Assembly (NCBI RefSeq): GCF_963921235.1
Contig: NC_086118.1
Coordinates: forward strand, 20,090,001 to 20,154,000
Reading direction: 5' to 3'
Origin: Mobula hypostoma
Lineage: Eukaryota
DNA length: 64,000 nt
Positions 26,640-38,584 of this stretch are shown here, one piece after another. Every line of letters starts with the position of its first letter. Positions within the stretch are counted from its first letter, which is position 1. The notes beneath the pieces are model-generated. The model worked only from the letters and a program-made list of their open reading frames with translations, had not been told where the DNA came from and ran no database searches. The position numbers were made by a program, and so were the translations under genes.

Positions 26640-27479
26640 CTACTCCCTTTTGCGTGCGTTACTCCTTTCCAAGAATTGTGCTGCTTCTATCGGGTCATCA
26701 TATACTTTAGGCACTCTTCCATCTTGATGATAAATATGGAGCCTAGCTGGATACCGCAGGGTGTGCTTGATTCCTCCATCACGCAGAGTTTGCTGTACAT
26801 CACAAAGGGCACGACGTTGAGTCATCACCTCATTCGTATGATCCAGGAAGATCAAGACCTTGTTTCCTTGTACTCCATGGGTCGTAGTCTGCCGCGGCGC
26901 AGGATCAGCTCTTTCACTTGAAAGTGATGGATACGTGCCAAGATGGTGCGCGGTTTCCCGCCAGCAGCCAGCTTCCGATACAGAGAGCGATGCGCACGAT
27001 CGACTTTAACCGGATATGGGAAATGCTATTCTCCGGGCAACTTGGGAATCAGTCTGGAAACAAGTTCAGTGGGATTACCATCCTCCTCGCCCTCTTGTAT
27101 CCCTACAATCTTAATATTATGTCTCCGAGAACGAGCCTCTAAGTCATGCACTTTAGCTTCAAGCTGGCTATTTTGTCTCACTAGCTCTGAATACTTAACT
27201 TCAAGCTCTTGCATGTGTGTTTCAAGGTCACTGGTGGTTAGTTCTTGGTAAATCAGCCTGGGAGGCCACAAGGGCCTCAAACTTGGTCTTGAAAACATCA
27301 AAACGTTCGTTAATGCCGCGCAGAACTGACTCAGAAATCTCCTGACCTAATTCCTTGTACATGGCATAAGTTTTATCCGGCAGTATCTCAGACGTGGAGA
27401 AGTTCTTTACCGACCCGTTGTTAGCACTAACTTTGGTAGTTTGGCAGTCGGTGGTCTTAGCTTTATTTGCCTTCGGCAT
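26640..27479 (-). pseudogene. L1 ORF1p (coiled coil, RRM, CTD), frameshifted
   Basis: MPKANK start, DLEARSRRHNIKIVGIQEGEE, and LRYPARL. Confidence 0.85.
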
Positions 27480-27849
27480 TGTCAAACTTTTCCAGACACT
27501 GAGTTTAGACATACACTGTTGGCCTATGAATGAATAAAACACGGTATAATAGTAATTTTATCAAGGCCTCGGAGAGGAGCACTGACCAAACACGTCTAAT
27601 CCATACACATGCACACTAGCGCCTCGAGCCTAACACTTTCTTCACCTGGTTTAGTTTCATCTGCACCTACTAGCCTGGCAGCAAGAATACTAAGGCTGAT
27701 GTTTCTCCCACCAGTTTGACATGACTATGGATGATGCCAATCCAGTGCCCATCCTTCACCACCCATGCATAAATGTTCTGATGATTTGGGATATAGAAAA
27801 AGGAGCAAAGGCTGCCCAACAGTTGGATCCAGGCTCAGATAAGGGACTT

Positions 27850-29320
27850 CTGGAGGGTGGCTAATGTAACCCCACTTTTTAAAAAAGGAGGGAGAGAGAA
27901 ACCGGGGAATTATAGGCCGGTTAGCCTAACGTCGGTGGTGGGGAAACTGCTGGAGTCAGTTATCAAGGATGTGATAACAGCACATTTGGAAAGCGGTGAA
28001 ATGATCGGACAAAGTCAGCGTGGATTTGTGAAAGGAAAATCATGTCTGACGAATCTCATAGAATTTTTTGAGGATGTAACTAGTAGAGTGGATAGGGGAG
28101 AACCAGTGGATGTGGTATATTTGGATTTTCAAAAGGCTTTTGACAAGGTCCCACACAGGAGATTAGTGTGCAAACTTAAAGCACACGGTATTGGGGGTAA
28201 GGTATTGGTGTGGGTGGAGAATTGGTTAGCAGACAGGAAGCAAAGAGTGGGAATAAACGGGACCTTTTCAGAATGGCAGGCGGTGACTAGTGGGGTACCG
28301 CAAGGCTCAGTGCTGGGACCCCAGTTGTTTACAATATATATTAATGACTTGGATGAGGGAATTAAATGCAGCATCTCCAAGTTTGCGGATGACACGAAGC
28401 TGGGTGGCAGTGTTAGCAGTGAGGAGGATGCTAAGGGGATGCAGGGTGACTTGGATAGGTTGGGTGAGTGGGCAAACTCATGGCAGATGCAATTTAAGGT
28501 GGATAAATGTGAAGTTATCCACTTTGGTGGCAAAAATAGGAAAACAGATTATTATCTGAATGGTGGCCGATTAGGAAAAGGGGAGGTGCAACGAGACCTG
28601 GGTGTCATTATACACCAGTCATTGAAAGTGGGCATGCAGGTACAGCAGGCGGTGAAAAAGGCGAACGGTATGCTGGCATTTATAGTGAGAGGATTCGAGT
28701 ACAGGAGCAGGGAGGTACTACTGCAGTTGTACAAGGCCTTGGTGAGACCACACCTGGAGTATTGTGTGCAGTTTTGGTCCCCTAATCTGAGGAAAGACAT
28801 CTTTGCCATAGAGGGAGTACAAAGAAGGTTCACCAGATTGATTCCTGGGATGGCAGGTCTTTCATATGATGAAAGACTGGATGAACTGGGCTTGTACTCG
28901 TTGGAATTTAGAAGATTGAGGGGGGATCTGATTGAAACGTATAAGATCCTAAAGGGATTGGACAGGCTAGATGCGGGAAGATTGTTCCCGATGGAGGTCC
29001 AGAACGAGGGGTCACAGTTTGAGGATAGAGGGGAAGCCTTTTAGGACCGAGATTAGGAAAAACTTCTTCACACAGAGAGTGGTGAATCTGTGGAATTCTC
29101 TGCCACAGCAAACTGTTGAGGCCAGTTCATTGGCTATGTTTAAGAGGGAGTTAGATATGGCCCTTGTGGCTACAGGGGTCAGGGGGTATGGAGGGAAGGC
29201 TGGGGCGGGGTTCTGAGTTGGATGATCAGCCATGATCATAATAAATGGCGGTGCAGGCTCGAAGGGCCGAATGGCCTACTCCTGCACCTATTTTCTATGT
29301 TTCTATGTTTCTATGTTTCT
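27850..29320 (+). mobile_element. Young 5'-truncated CR1/L3 LINE inserted between RH and IN of A
   Basis: 395-aa RT ORF at 27857-29044 with FADD, and a (TTTCTATG)n tail. Confidence 0.95.
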
Positions 29321-30560
29321 CGACCGAATGTCTGTCCCTGCCACTGTGAGCCCCAGAAGGTCGGAGTGGTGTCACGCTTCCCATCTGGCTGTCCACCCGG
29401 GGGTTCAACCAATCCAGAAATTCATAAAGAGGTGATTTTGGAGACTATCTACCTCCTGAGATATCCACAACTTCATCTCTGCCTGTCCCACTTGTGCCCA
29501 GAGCAAGATATCATGTCAATGCCCTGCGAGTCTGCTCTTCCCACTGTGTACGCTTCAGTGCACCTTTTCCTACCTCTCAGTGGATTTCATCACTGGTCTG
29601 CCTCCATCAACTAGGAAGACTACCATTCTGGTAGTTGTGGACCAGCTCTCTATAGAAGCCCACTTCATTACTCTCCCCAAGCTCCCATCAGTTCATGAGA
29701 CTGCCACCACATGTCCAGGCCGCATCACTTCCCTCAGGCCTAGTGTCTGATCAAGGACAACAGTTCTCATCCTGTTCTTGGAAGGCTTTCTGTTCTCTTT
29801 TGTGAGTCACAGCCAGCTCCTCTTCGTGATTCCACCCCTAATCTAACAGCCAAACTGAGAGAGTGAAACCGAAGTTGAAGACAACCCTGGGCTGCCTTGT
29901 CTCATCCAACCTGGAGCTCCCAACTGGTTTGGGTAGAGGTTGCCTGCAATAACCTCCAGTCCCCCTCCACCGGCACGTTCCCCTCTGGGTACCAGCCAGC
30001 ACTCTATCCTGACAAAGAGACTGATGTGGCAGTCCCTGCTGCTGAACAGTTGATCCAACATGACAAGCGCACGTGTAGGCGGGCCTGGGTTTCTCTGCTG
30101 CTCACCCAGAAACAATATGCCCAGCAAGCTGACGAGTTCCACGGACAAGTGAAGCCTCTCAAGCCAGGGGAAAAAGTCTGACTGGTGTCCCGAGATATTC
30201 CATTGAGAGTAGAGAGCTTCAAGTTGGCCTCACGCTTTGTGGGTCCATTCGTCATGGTAAAATAAATCAACAGAGCCTCAGTTAGGCTGCACATGCAATC
30301 ATTCATGAAGATTCGCCCAGAGTTATGTTTCCCATCTCAGGCTCATGACTTCCACACACCTTGTTCCCGTCACCCTCCTCCTCCTCCTCCTCTCTGCTTG
30401 GGGAATGGGTCCCTGGTCTATTCTGTGCCATGGATCCTGGCAGTGTCCAGTACCTCATGGATTGACAGGGGTATGGCCCAGAGAATCATTCTTGTGTTTC
30501 AGCTTGACATATCCTTGGCAAGTCTCTCATCCAGGACTTTCAGCGGGCACAGGACTCTGA
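29321..30560 (+). pseudogene. Integrase and chromodomain remnants of element A
   Basis: KTTILVVVDQLS..AHFITLPKLP, KLASRFVGPF, and LVYSV...GYGPE. Confidence 0.8.
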
Positions 30561-30586
30561 CACCTCAGGAGCTGCACCAAGGACCC

Positions 30587-31110
30587 TGGCACAACTGTGG
30601 ACATTGCCGCAGAGTCTGGGCCCTCTCACAGAAAGAAGAAGCTAATCTCGCACATGAGAATGCACACATTCCAGCAATTTAGAGTTTCTTTGTAATTATA
30701 TTTAACTCCCTTCCTTACGTTTCAGTCTTATCAAGTATTGATCAAAGCATGACAACAACATTGCTCCCTGCTTACCTTATTCCAGGGGTTCGAACCTTTT
30801 TTATGCCATGGAGCTTTACCTTTAACTGAGGTTGGGAACGCCTGCCTTAGCTCATGTTTCAGGAAAGATAGTAATGTAGATAGATGCTGTTAAAGGAATG
30901 GTATTAATTTAATTCCAGGTTATTGCTTCCAGCTGCAGCTACAGCATTAGTTTTTAGTTAGTTTGAGAATTTTTAGTTAGCAGCCCTGTCAGCCTAGCGT
31001 TTATTATTTTCCTTTGTTCTGCAGAATTCTTATTAAAGTAATTCAATGAACAGTTCTTTCCATGTCTGTGTCTCTCCCTCTGCACCTGGTCCATCACTGA
31101 ATTCCTGTCA
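30587..31110 (+). repeat. 3' LTR of element A
   Basis: Runs tggcacaac...cctgtca and is followed by the GGAAT TSD. Confidence 0.85.
30783..30844. mobile_element. 62-bp hAT-like MITE
   Basis: Imperfect TIRs caggggttcgaacct / aggttgggaacgcctg. Flanks ccttattc / ccttagct form a degenerate 8-bp TSD. Absent from the 5' LTR. Confidence 0.7.
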
Positions 31111-32013
31111 GGAATATGTCAAATATATTCCTATATCCAGTAATTATATAAACAATAGATTTTACTTAAAGATACGCCAACATTAAAAAATGGAAAAGTG
31201 ATGATAGACTAAGCTCCAATACATGAAGCAGAGCCACTACCCTTACTGATTTGCTCTATTGTTACAGGTAAAAGTTAATTGACAGGTGAATGACTGTTGT
31301 TAGCCATGGACTATAATTAAGAGGGATTGGATATGAACTCTGTAAAAGCGACTTAGTACACTGTGTGCATATTCAGTAGAAGAAGGGAGTGAGAAGGTTA
31401 TCTCTGATTTACTTTAGCACTAAAACTTCAATTTCTAAAATTACCGGCTGCCACTCGCACTGTGACATGATTTATAACCTGCCATCTTTCCCACTTTTAG
31501 CACAACTTTGTCACTAGAAAAATCAATTGAATTCTGGCTCATCTAATGGCACTCTACCCGAGAGAGTAATTTATGTGCTACATTAGAAATTCCACAAGAA
31601 AGGATGATCTTCTGTTTTCAGTGCCCGTGTTTTTTTTTCTTATTATTTTACAAAGAACAGAAAGATCTAGTAGTACAAAATCCTTCCAAAAGTAACAAGG
31701 ACATGCCATATACTTCACAGAGCATGGCTAGAAAATGAGAATCTAATTTACTTTTACTCTATTGCAATTATGTGGAATGATGCATTTAGAGAAAATAAGT
31801 GATTAAGCTGAACAGCCTTCATTAATTAAATATTTTCCATTAAATATTAGCTGAATTGGATTAAAATAGTTAACATGTACATATAAAAAATGTTAGATTT
31901 AATTCTTACATTACCCACATATAAGTTACTCACTGTTACGTACAATGATTTTACAGTCAATTTATTAATGTATCACTTCACAGATCATATGTCGTTATTC
32001 AAGTTCTAGTACT

Positions 32014-32410
32014 TCAAACCCAAGCCTCGTCTGTTCTCGCCTCGAAGAACCCAAGCCTCGTCAAGTCCTCGCCTCGAGGAACCCAAGCCTCGAGGCACCC
32101 AAGCCATGCCCAGCCCCGTAGCCACGTCATGTCCTTGCCTAGTTCCGGGATCCGAGCCCGAGTCAAGACCCAGGCTCTGGGTCCTTGTCCAGTCTCTGAC
32201 TCGGAGTCCAAGCCCAGGCTCCTAGTTCCCAGTTCCTTGTCCTGGTCCCGCTTGCCTAGTCAATGTCCTAGGCCAAGTCTGTGTTCTTGTCCCAGCTCCT
32301 AGTCTGCATCCAGTCACGTCACTATCTCTGCTCTCTAGTCAAGTCCTATTCCTAGTTCTTCAGTGTCTGTGTCTTACATTTGGGTCCGCCACCACCGCCC
32401 CTCTATAACA
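32014..32410 (+). repeat. Probable partial solo LTR with internal acccaagcctcg repeats
   Basis: Short internal repeats. Ends tgggtcc...ataaca, resembling fish Gypsy U5 ends. No 5' TG terminus found. Confidence 0.5.
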
Positions 32411-32494
32411 CTGACTCGCGCTACTCCGATGACTGCTCCTTTGACAACCGCTCCACTAAGCAATAGCTCCCTTTTGTCTGGGAAACCTCTTAGT

Positions 32495-32736
32495 GCCCTT
32501 GCACAATGATGAGCCACTGCATTTGCCCACTTCTCCCAATCGCGTCTCCGGCTGAAAGAAACTCTTCTCTTTTTAAATCTTCTCGGCGGCCTTGCACAAT
32601 GACGAACTACTGCGTCTCTGCATTTCTCCCAACTGAATCTCCCACTGAAATAAACTCCTTGCTTTTTAAATTTTCTCAGTGGCTTTGCGCGACGATGAGC
32701 TACTCTGGCCGTGCACTTCTCCCAATCGAATCTCCC
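32495..32736. repeat. 93-bp tandem repeat, about 2.6 diverged copies
   Basis: Units start at 32495, 32588 and 32681 (ccttgcacaatga...ttctcccaa...tttttaaa). Confidence 0.8.
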
Positions 32737-33092
32737 TTTATTACATTACATGCCTTTTCCAGATCACTTTGCAATCTCAATCCCACATCTTGGCTACTAG
32801 TTGGAGGTCTATATATGATTCCCATAATGGTTTATTTACACTTGCAGTTTCATGACTCCACCCACAAAGACTCAGCATTCTCTGTCCCTATGTCACCTCT
32901 TTCTAAAGATGTAATTCCCTCTCTTACCAACAGAGCCACACCACCACCTATGCCTTCCTATTTGTCAGGCAAGATTTTTGCTTGAGGAACAATACTGACT
33001 ACGGCCTATTTTATCCTGTGCCTCAAAGTACCTTGAGACGTCATCCTTAAAAATAGACTCCAACATCTTCCCAACCACTTTGGTCAGACTAA
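32737..33092 (-). mobile_element. Two abutting CR1 ORF2 fragments (endonuclease piece and RT N-terminal piece)
   Basis: Minus strand reads ESLWVE...IYRPP (~32760-32880) and SLTKVVGKMLESI (~33000-33090). Confidence 0.75.
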
Positions 33093-33534
33093 GTCTGGAA
33101 TGGTGTCACCATCTTACCCTCACTGCATTTTTGAGCCTGAGTGAGTGTTGCACATGCCACTAGACCCAATTTGCCCACCTACATGGGTTGTGCTAAAGAT
33201 GTGCGTCTGGAATCCAAGAATGAAACTGGAGCTAAGTTGTTACCTATCAATCTAAAATAAAGACTAATTTCACAGCCAGTGTTGGGAAGATCAAAACTAG
33301 AGGTCAGCAATATAAGAAGGTCACCAAGCCCTAAAATAAATATTCTGAAGATAGAGAATGAATTAACTTGATACCACAGAGTGAATACAATAAGTAGAAT
33401 AGGTGGGATTAATGGGGGACTTCATTAACAGATGAGGGTAAAACTGATAGTTTTGGAATTTGTGACAGCTTGAGTGAATCATAGATCCCTGCAGGGATAA
33501 TTAACCTGTGCTTCCCATTCTACATCACAATTTG

Positions 33535-33723
33535 CCTCATGATCTTGTGTCTTAATGTCTACCTGCATTGCCCTTTACTGTAGCTGTTACACTTTACCCG
33601 CATTCCATTATTGTTTTACCTTGTACTACCTCAATGCACTGTGCAATGAATTGATCTGTTTGAACAGTATGCTAGATAAACTTTTCACTGTACCTTGGTA
33701 TACATGACAATAATAAAAAAAAA
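33535..33723 (+). mobile_element. L2/Rex-type 3'-tail fragment
   Basis: Ends ttttcactgtaccttggtatacatgacaataataaa(A)n. Confidence 0.5.
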
Positions 33724-33865
33724 TCCAGTTCTGTGATAACAAACTCCTATGTTACTGTATATACTGATGCTTTAAAGGGACAACAAGGCATCTCACAGTT
33801 TTATGGAATTACACAGCACAGAAGGAGATTGTTTGGCACATTTTGCCTGCTCTGTATCTTTAAAA

Positions 33866-34820
33866 TCCAGCTATTCTGGATTGGGTGTTGTGCAATCAAC
33901 AAGATTTAATTAGACAGCTTAAGGCAAAAGAACCCTTGGGGAAAGTGATCAATAATATGACTGAATTCACCCTGAAATTTGAGGAGGAGAAGCTGAAGTC
34001 AGATATATTGGTATTACAATGGAGTAAAGGGAATTACAGAGGCATAAGAGAGAGAGGAGTGGTCAGAATTGATTGGAAAAAAATCCTGGCAGGGATGATG
34101 GCCGAGCAGTAATGGTCGGAATTTCTGGAAGCAATTTTGAAGGCACAGGATATATACAACCCAGAGAGGAAAACGTATTCTAAAGGAAAGATGACACAAC
34201 CATGGCTAAGAAGAGACATCAAAGCCAACCTAAGAGCCAAAAAGACGGCATATAATAGAGCAAAGATTAGTGGAAACTTAGAGGATTGGGAAGCTTTTAA
34301 AAACCAAAAGAGGGCAACTAAAAATATTCATTAAGAAGGTAAAGATGGAATACAAAAGTAAGCTAGCCAATAATATTAAAAAGGATACCAGAAGTTTCTT
34401 CAGATACATAAAGTGTAAAAGAGAGGCGAGAGTATATATTGGACTGCTGGAAAACAATGCCGTATGAGAGGTAGTAATCGGGGGGGGGAGGGGGAACAAC
34501 AGTATAAGCATTTTGCATCATTCTTCACTGTGGAAGACACTAGCAGTATGTGGAAGTTCCAGGTGTCAGGGGCATGAGTGTGTGAAGCTACCATAACTAG
34601 AGAGAAGGTTCTTGGGAAAATGAAAGATCTGAATGTAGATAAGTCACCTGAACCAGATGGTGTACACGTCAGAGTTCTGAAAGAGGTGGCTGAAGAGATG
34701 GTGGAGGTATTAGTAATGATCTTTAAAGAATTACTGGATTCTGGAACAGTTCTGGAAGACAGGAAATTGCAAATGTCACTCCACTCTTCAAGAATCGAGA
34801 GAGGCAGAAGGAAGGAAACT
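33866..34820 (+). mobile_element. Internal CR1 ORF2 fragment (EN end to pre-RT), degenerate
   Basis: ILDWVLCN, QPWL and DKSPEPDGVHVRVLKE. Confidence 0.85.
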
Positions 34821-34978
34821 TCTTCCCCTTTGGGATGAATATATCCTGTGCCTTCAGAATTGCTTCCAGAAATTACAGCCATTGCTGCTCAGCTATCATC
34901 CCTGCCGGTGTTCTTTTCCAATCAATTCTGACCTACTCCACTCTCATGCCTCCGTAATTCCACTGTAATACTGATACA
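34821..34978 (-). mobile_element. Inverted CR1 fragment homologous to ~34005-34175
   Basis: Reverse complement aligns with aatttctggaagcaatt.tgaaggcacaggatatat. Confidence 0.8.
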
Positions 34979-35604
34979 TGTTGGCCCTCAATGATATAAC
35001 AAATATCATGCATTAATTATAGGTTTGGCATTTAGCTATTACATTTTAATCCACGTCAACCTGTGCTATTTAAAATTGTTCTCATTAGTTTGACAGTTCA
35101 CGATTGATTTGAACTTTAGTTCATCGAACAATACTATGAATATTCATTGTATAAAAAGATGACATTTTGTCATATCTGCCAGGAGTACAAATCAGACAAG
35201 GCATGAGCTGATTAAATGGCAGAGCAGGTTTGAACAGCTGAGAGATCTACTTGTGGATATTTGCATTATATACACTAGACATCTCAGTTTGCTGGCAGAA
35301 ATGGATGAATTGATGGGATAAAAATGACAAATGCTAGAAATGCTCAGCAGGCCAGATAGCATCTGTAGAAAACAAAACAGTTATTGTTTCATGTCCTTGA
35401 CCCATTTGTCAGAACAAGTTAATTTTCAGTAGCAGAGAAGCTCGGGAGGGGTGGCTATTACAAAGGTAATCTCTCTGATTGGAGGAGACCATGTGACCTG
35501 AAGCAGCAGCTATAAGCTTAAATGACTTATTCAATATCTATACCATCTGTCAATTGCCTTCATCAATATAATATCTGTCAATCATGTTTTATCTATACCT
35601 GACT

Positions 35605-38566
35605 GCCAAGGTCAAGGAACTGGAGCTGGAGCTAGATGTGAGCCTGAAAACTTTGTAGATCGGACTCTTAGTGAGGAGGTCACACCCAAAGTGCAAGCTT
35701 CAGTTAGTAGATAGGTGACAACCAGAAGAAGTAAGGGAGCAAGCTAACAGGGTAGGGTTCACCCGTGGCCATTCCCCTTAGGAACAATATACACCCTTGG
35801 ATACTTCTGGTGGTGGAGGGGGGAATGAACTATTGGTACACAGCAGCAACAACCAGGCTAGGGTCACTGTGGTCGAGTCTGGGGCTCAGCAGGGAAGGGT
35901 AAAGATGGTCAGGGGGGCAGAGATAGGAGACTCAATAGTTAGAGGGATAGACAGCAGATTCTGTGGTTGTGAAAGGGAAGCCCGGATTGTGTGTTGCCTC
36001 ACAGGAGCTAGGGTTCCTGATGCCTCAGAGCAGCTGAGGAAGATTCTCAAGAGGGAGGGTGAACAGTCAGAGGTCGTGGTGCACATTCGCACCAACTACA
36101 GAGGTAGAAAAGGGGAAGATGTCTTTTGCAGTGAGTATAGAGAGTTAGGGAAGAGGCTGAGGAGCAGGACCTCCAAGGTAGTAATCTCGGGATTACTCCG
36201 AGTACTGCGTGCTGGACAGGGCAGGAAGAGAATGATAGTACAGATGAATGTGTGGCTGAGGAAACGGTGCAGGGGACAGTATTTCAGATTTCTGGATCAT
36301 TGGGATCTCCTCTGTGGAAGCTTTGAGCTGTACAAAAAGGATGAGTTACACTTGAACAGTTGTGAGCAGGTTTGTTTGAGCTGTTGGGGAGGGTTTAAAT
36401 TAAGTTGGCAGAGGGATGGTAACAACAGTGATAGGGGTGAGGATGGGGCAGTTGATATACAAGTCAATGTAGTGTGCAGTGAGACTGTGAGGAAAGTCAG
36501 GTAGATGATGGGGCAAAAAGCAGTCAGTGGGATGACTTAAAGTGTAACATGGGAGAAAAACTGAAATGGGTGATGCATGTAGGACTATTATATCAGAATG
36601 CACACAGTATACAGAATAAGGTAGATGATCAAGGTTGGACATTGGCAGGTATAACATTGTAGGTATCACTGGGTCATGGCTAAAAGATCGTAGTTGGGAA
36701 CTCAACATCTAAGGATACCCTTTGTATCAAATGATGGACAGCAAGGCAGAGGGGGTGGGGTAGCTCTGTTGATAAAAAATGAGATCAAATCCTTAGAAAG
36801 AGGTGACATACAGTGGCCTTGGAAGATGTAGAATCCTTATGGGTAGAGTTAAGAAACTGCAAGGGTAAAAAGACCCTAATGGAAGTTACTTGTGGCCCTG
36901 AAACAGTAGCCAGTATATGGGATATAAATTTCAACTGGAAATAGAAAAGGCATGTATTAAGGACAATGTTACAATAGTCATAGGGATTTCAAAATGCACG
37001 TAGATAGGGAAAATGAGTTTGGTCCTGGATCCCTAAAGGTGGAATTTGTAGAATGACTATGAGATGGCTCTCTACAGCAGCTTGTGATTGAGCCCACTAG
37101 AGGAAAGACAATTCCGGATTAGGTGTTGTGTAATGAACCAAATTTAATTAAGAAGCTTAAGGTAAAGGAAACCTTAGGAGGCAATGATTATAATATGATA
37201 GAATTCACCCTGTAGTTTGAGAGGGAGAAGATAGTCAAATATATCAGACTTACAGTGGAGTGAAGGGAATTACAGAGCCATGAGAGAGGAGTTGGCCGAA
37301 GTTAATTGGAGGAGGCCACCAACAGAGATGTCAACAGAGCAGCAATGACTGAAGTTTCTGGAGGGGAATTTGGAGGATGCAAGATAGAAACATCCCAAAA
37401 ATGAAGAAGTATTCTAAAGGGAGAATGAGGCAATGATGGCTGATGAGGGAAGTCAAAGACAGCATAAAAGCAAAGGAGAGGACACATAATACCGCAAAAA
37501 TTAGTAGGAAGTTAGGAAGTTTTTAAAAACAAACAGAAGGCAACTAAAAACACATAAGGAGAGAAAAGATAAAATATGAAGGTAAGCTAGCCAATAATAT
37601 TGAGGAGGATACCAAATGTTTTTTTCAAGTACATACCGAGTAAAAGAGAGGCAAGAGTAGATATTGGACTGCTGGAAAATGACGCTGGAGAGGAGGACAA
37701 GGAAATGGTGGATGAATTTAATAACTATTTTGTATCAGGCTTCAGTGCGGAAGAAATTGTCAGAATAGCAGAAATTCAAGAGTGTAAGGGAGCAAAAGTG
37801 AGCGTAGTTGCTATTACTAAAGAGAAGGTTCTTTGGAAGCTGAAAGTTATGAAGATGGATAAGTCACCTGAATCAGATGGACTACGCCCCAGGGTTCTGA
37901 AAGAAGTAGCTGAAGAGACTGTGGAAGCATTAGTAATGATTTTTCAGGAATCACTAGATTCTGGGATGGTTCCAGAGGACTGGAAAATTGCAGATCTCAC
38001 TCCACTCCTTAGCAACAAGTATACCCCTTTGGATACTGCTGGGGAGGATCAGGAGGAAGCAGAAAGGAAATTATAGGCCAGTTAACTTGACTTCAGTGGT
38101 TGGGAAGCTATGGGGTCCATTATTAAGGGGAAGATTTGGGGGTACTTGGAGGCACATGATAAAATAAGCCAAAGTCTGCCTGACAAAATCATCCCTGACA
38201 AATCTGTTGGAATTCTTTGAGGAAATAACAGGCAGGATAGATAAAGGAGAGTCAGCGGAAGGTGCTTGCTTAGATTTTCAGAAGATGGTTAGCAAGGCGC
38301 CACATATGAGGCTAATTAACAAGATAAAAGCCCATGATATTACAGGAAAGATACTAGCAGGGATAGAAGATTGGCTGACTAGCAGCAGGCAAAGAGTTAG
38401 AATAAAAAAAGACCTGTTCTAACTGGATGCCGGTGAAACATAGTGTTCTGTGTGGTATTGGGACCGCTTGTTTTTATGTTACATGTCAATGATTTGGATG
38501 AAGGAATTGATGGCTTTGTAGCCAAATTTGCAGATGACACAAAGATGGGTGAAGGGGCAGGTAGTG
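35605..38566 (+). mobile_element. Old CR1 LINE with SGNH/GDSL-esterase ORF1 and degenerate ORF2
   Basis: IGDSIVRG, VVVHIRTN and KKDELHLN (esterase), then EN motifs and RT to KFADDTK. Confidence 0.9.
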
Positions 38567-38584
38567 TTTTCCCATACACCTAAA

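Larger units (their letters stand above)
20904..27626 (-). mobile_element. Full-length L1-clade LINE (ORF1, spacer, ORF2), inactivated, with two nested inserts
   Basis: 16-bp TSD agcct(g/a)acactttctt at 20888-20903 / 27627-27642. A-tail on the minus strand. Contains ORF1 and an EN-RT-Cys ORF2. Confidence 0.93.
4126..31110 (+). mobile_element. Gypsy/Ty3 chromovirus-type (sushi-like) LTR retrotransposon A, degenerate, heavily nested
   Basis: Homologous LTRs at 4126-4591 and 30587-31110, both ending cctgtca. TSD GGAAT at 4121-4125 and 31111-31115. gag, PR, RT, RH, IN and chromodomain remnants lie in order between the inserts. Confidence 0.9.

Noticed and set aside
32014..32110. CRISPR-like repeat-spacer pattern (acccaagcctcg)
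   Set aside because: Repeats are short with irregular, self-similar spacers, there are no cas genes, and the context is a eukaryotic LTR.
35797..36504. SGNH esterase ORF as a captured cellular gene
   Set aside because: An esterase domain is a known component of CR1 ORF1. Here it sits directly upstream of CR1 ORF2 and is degenerate.
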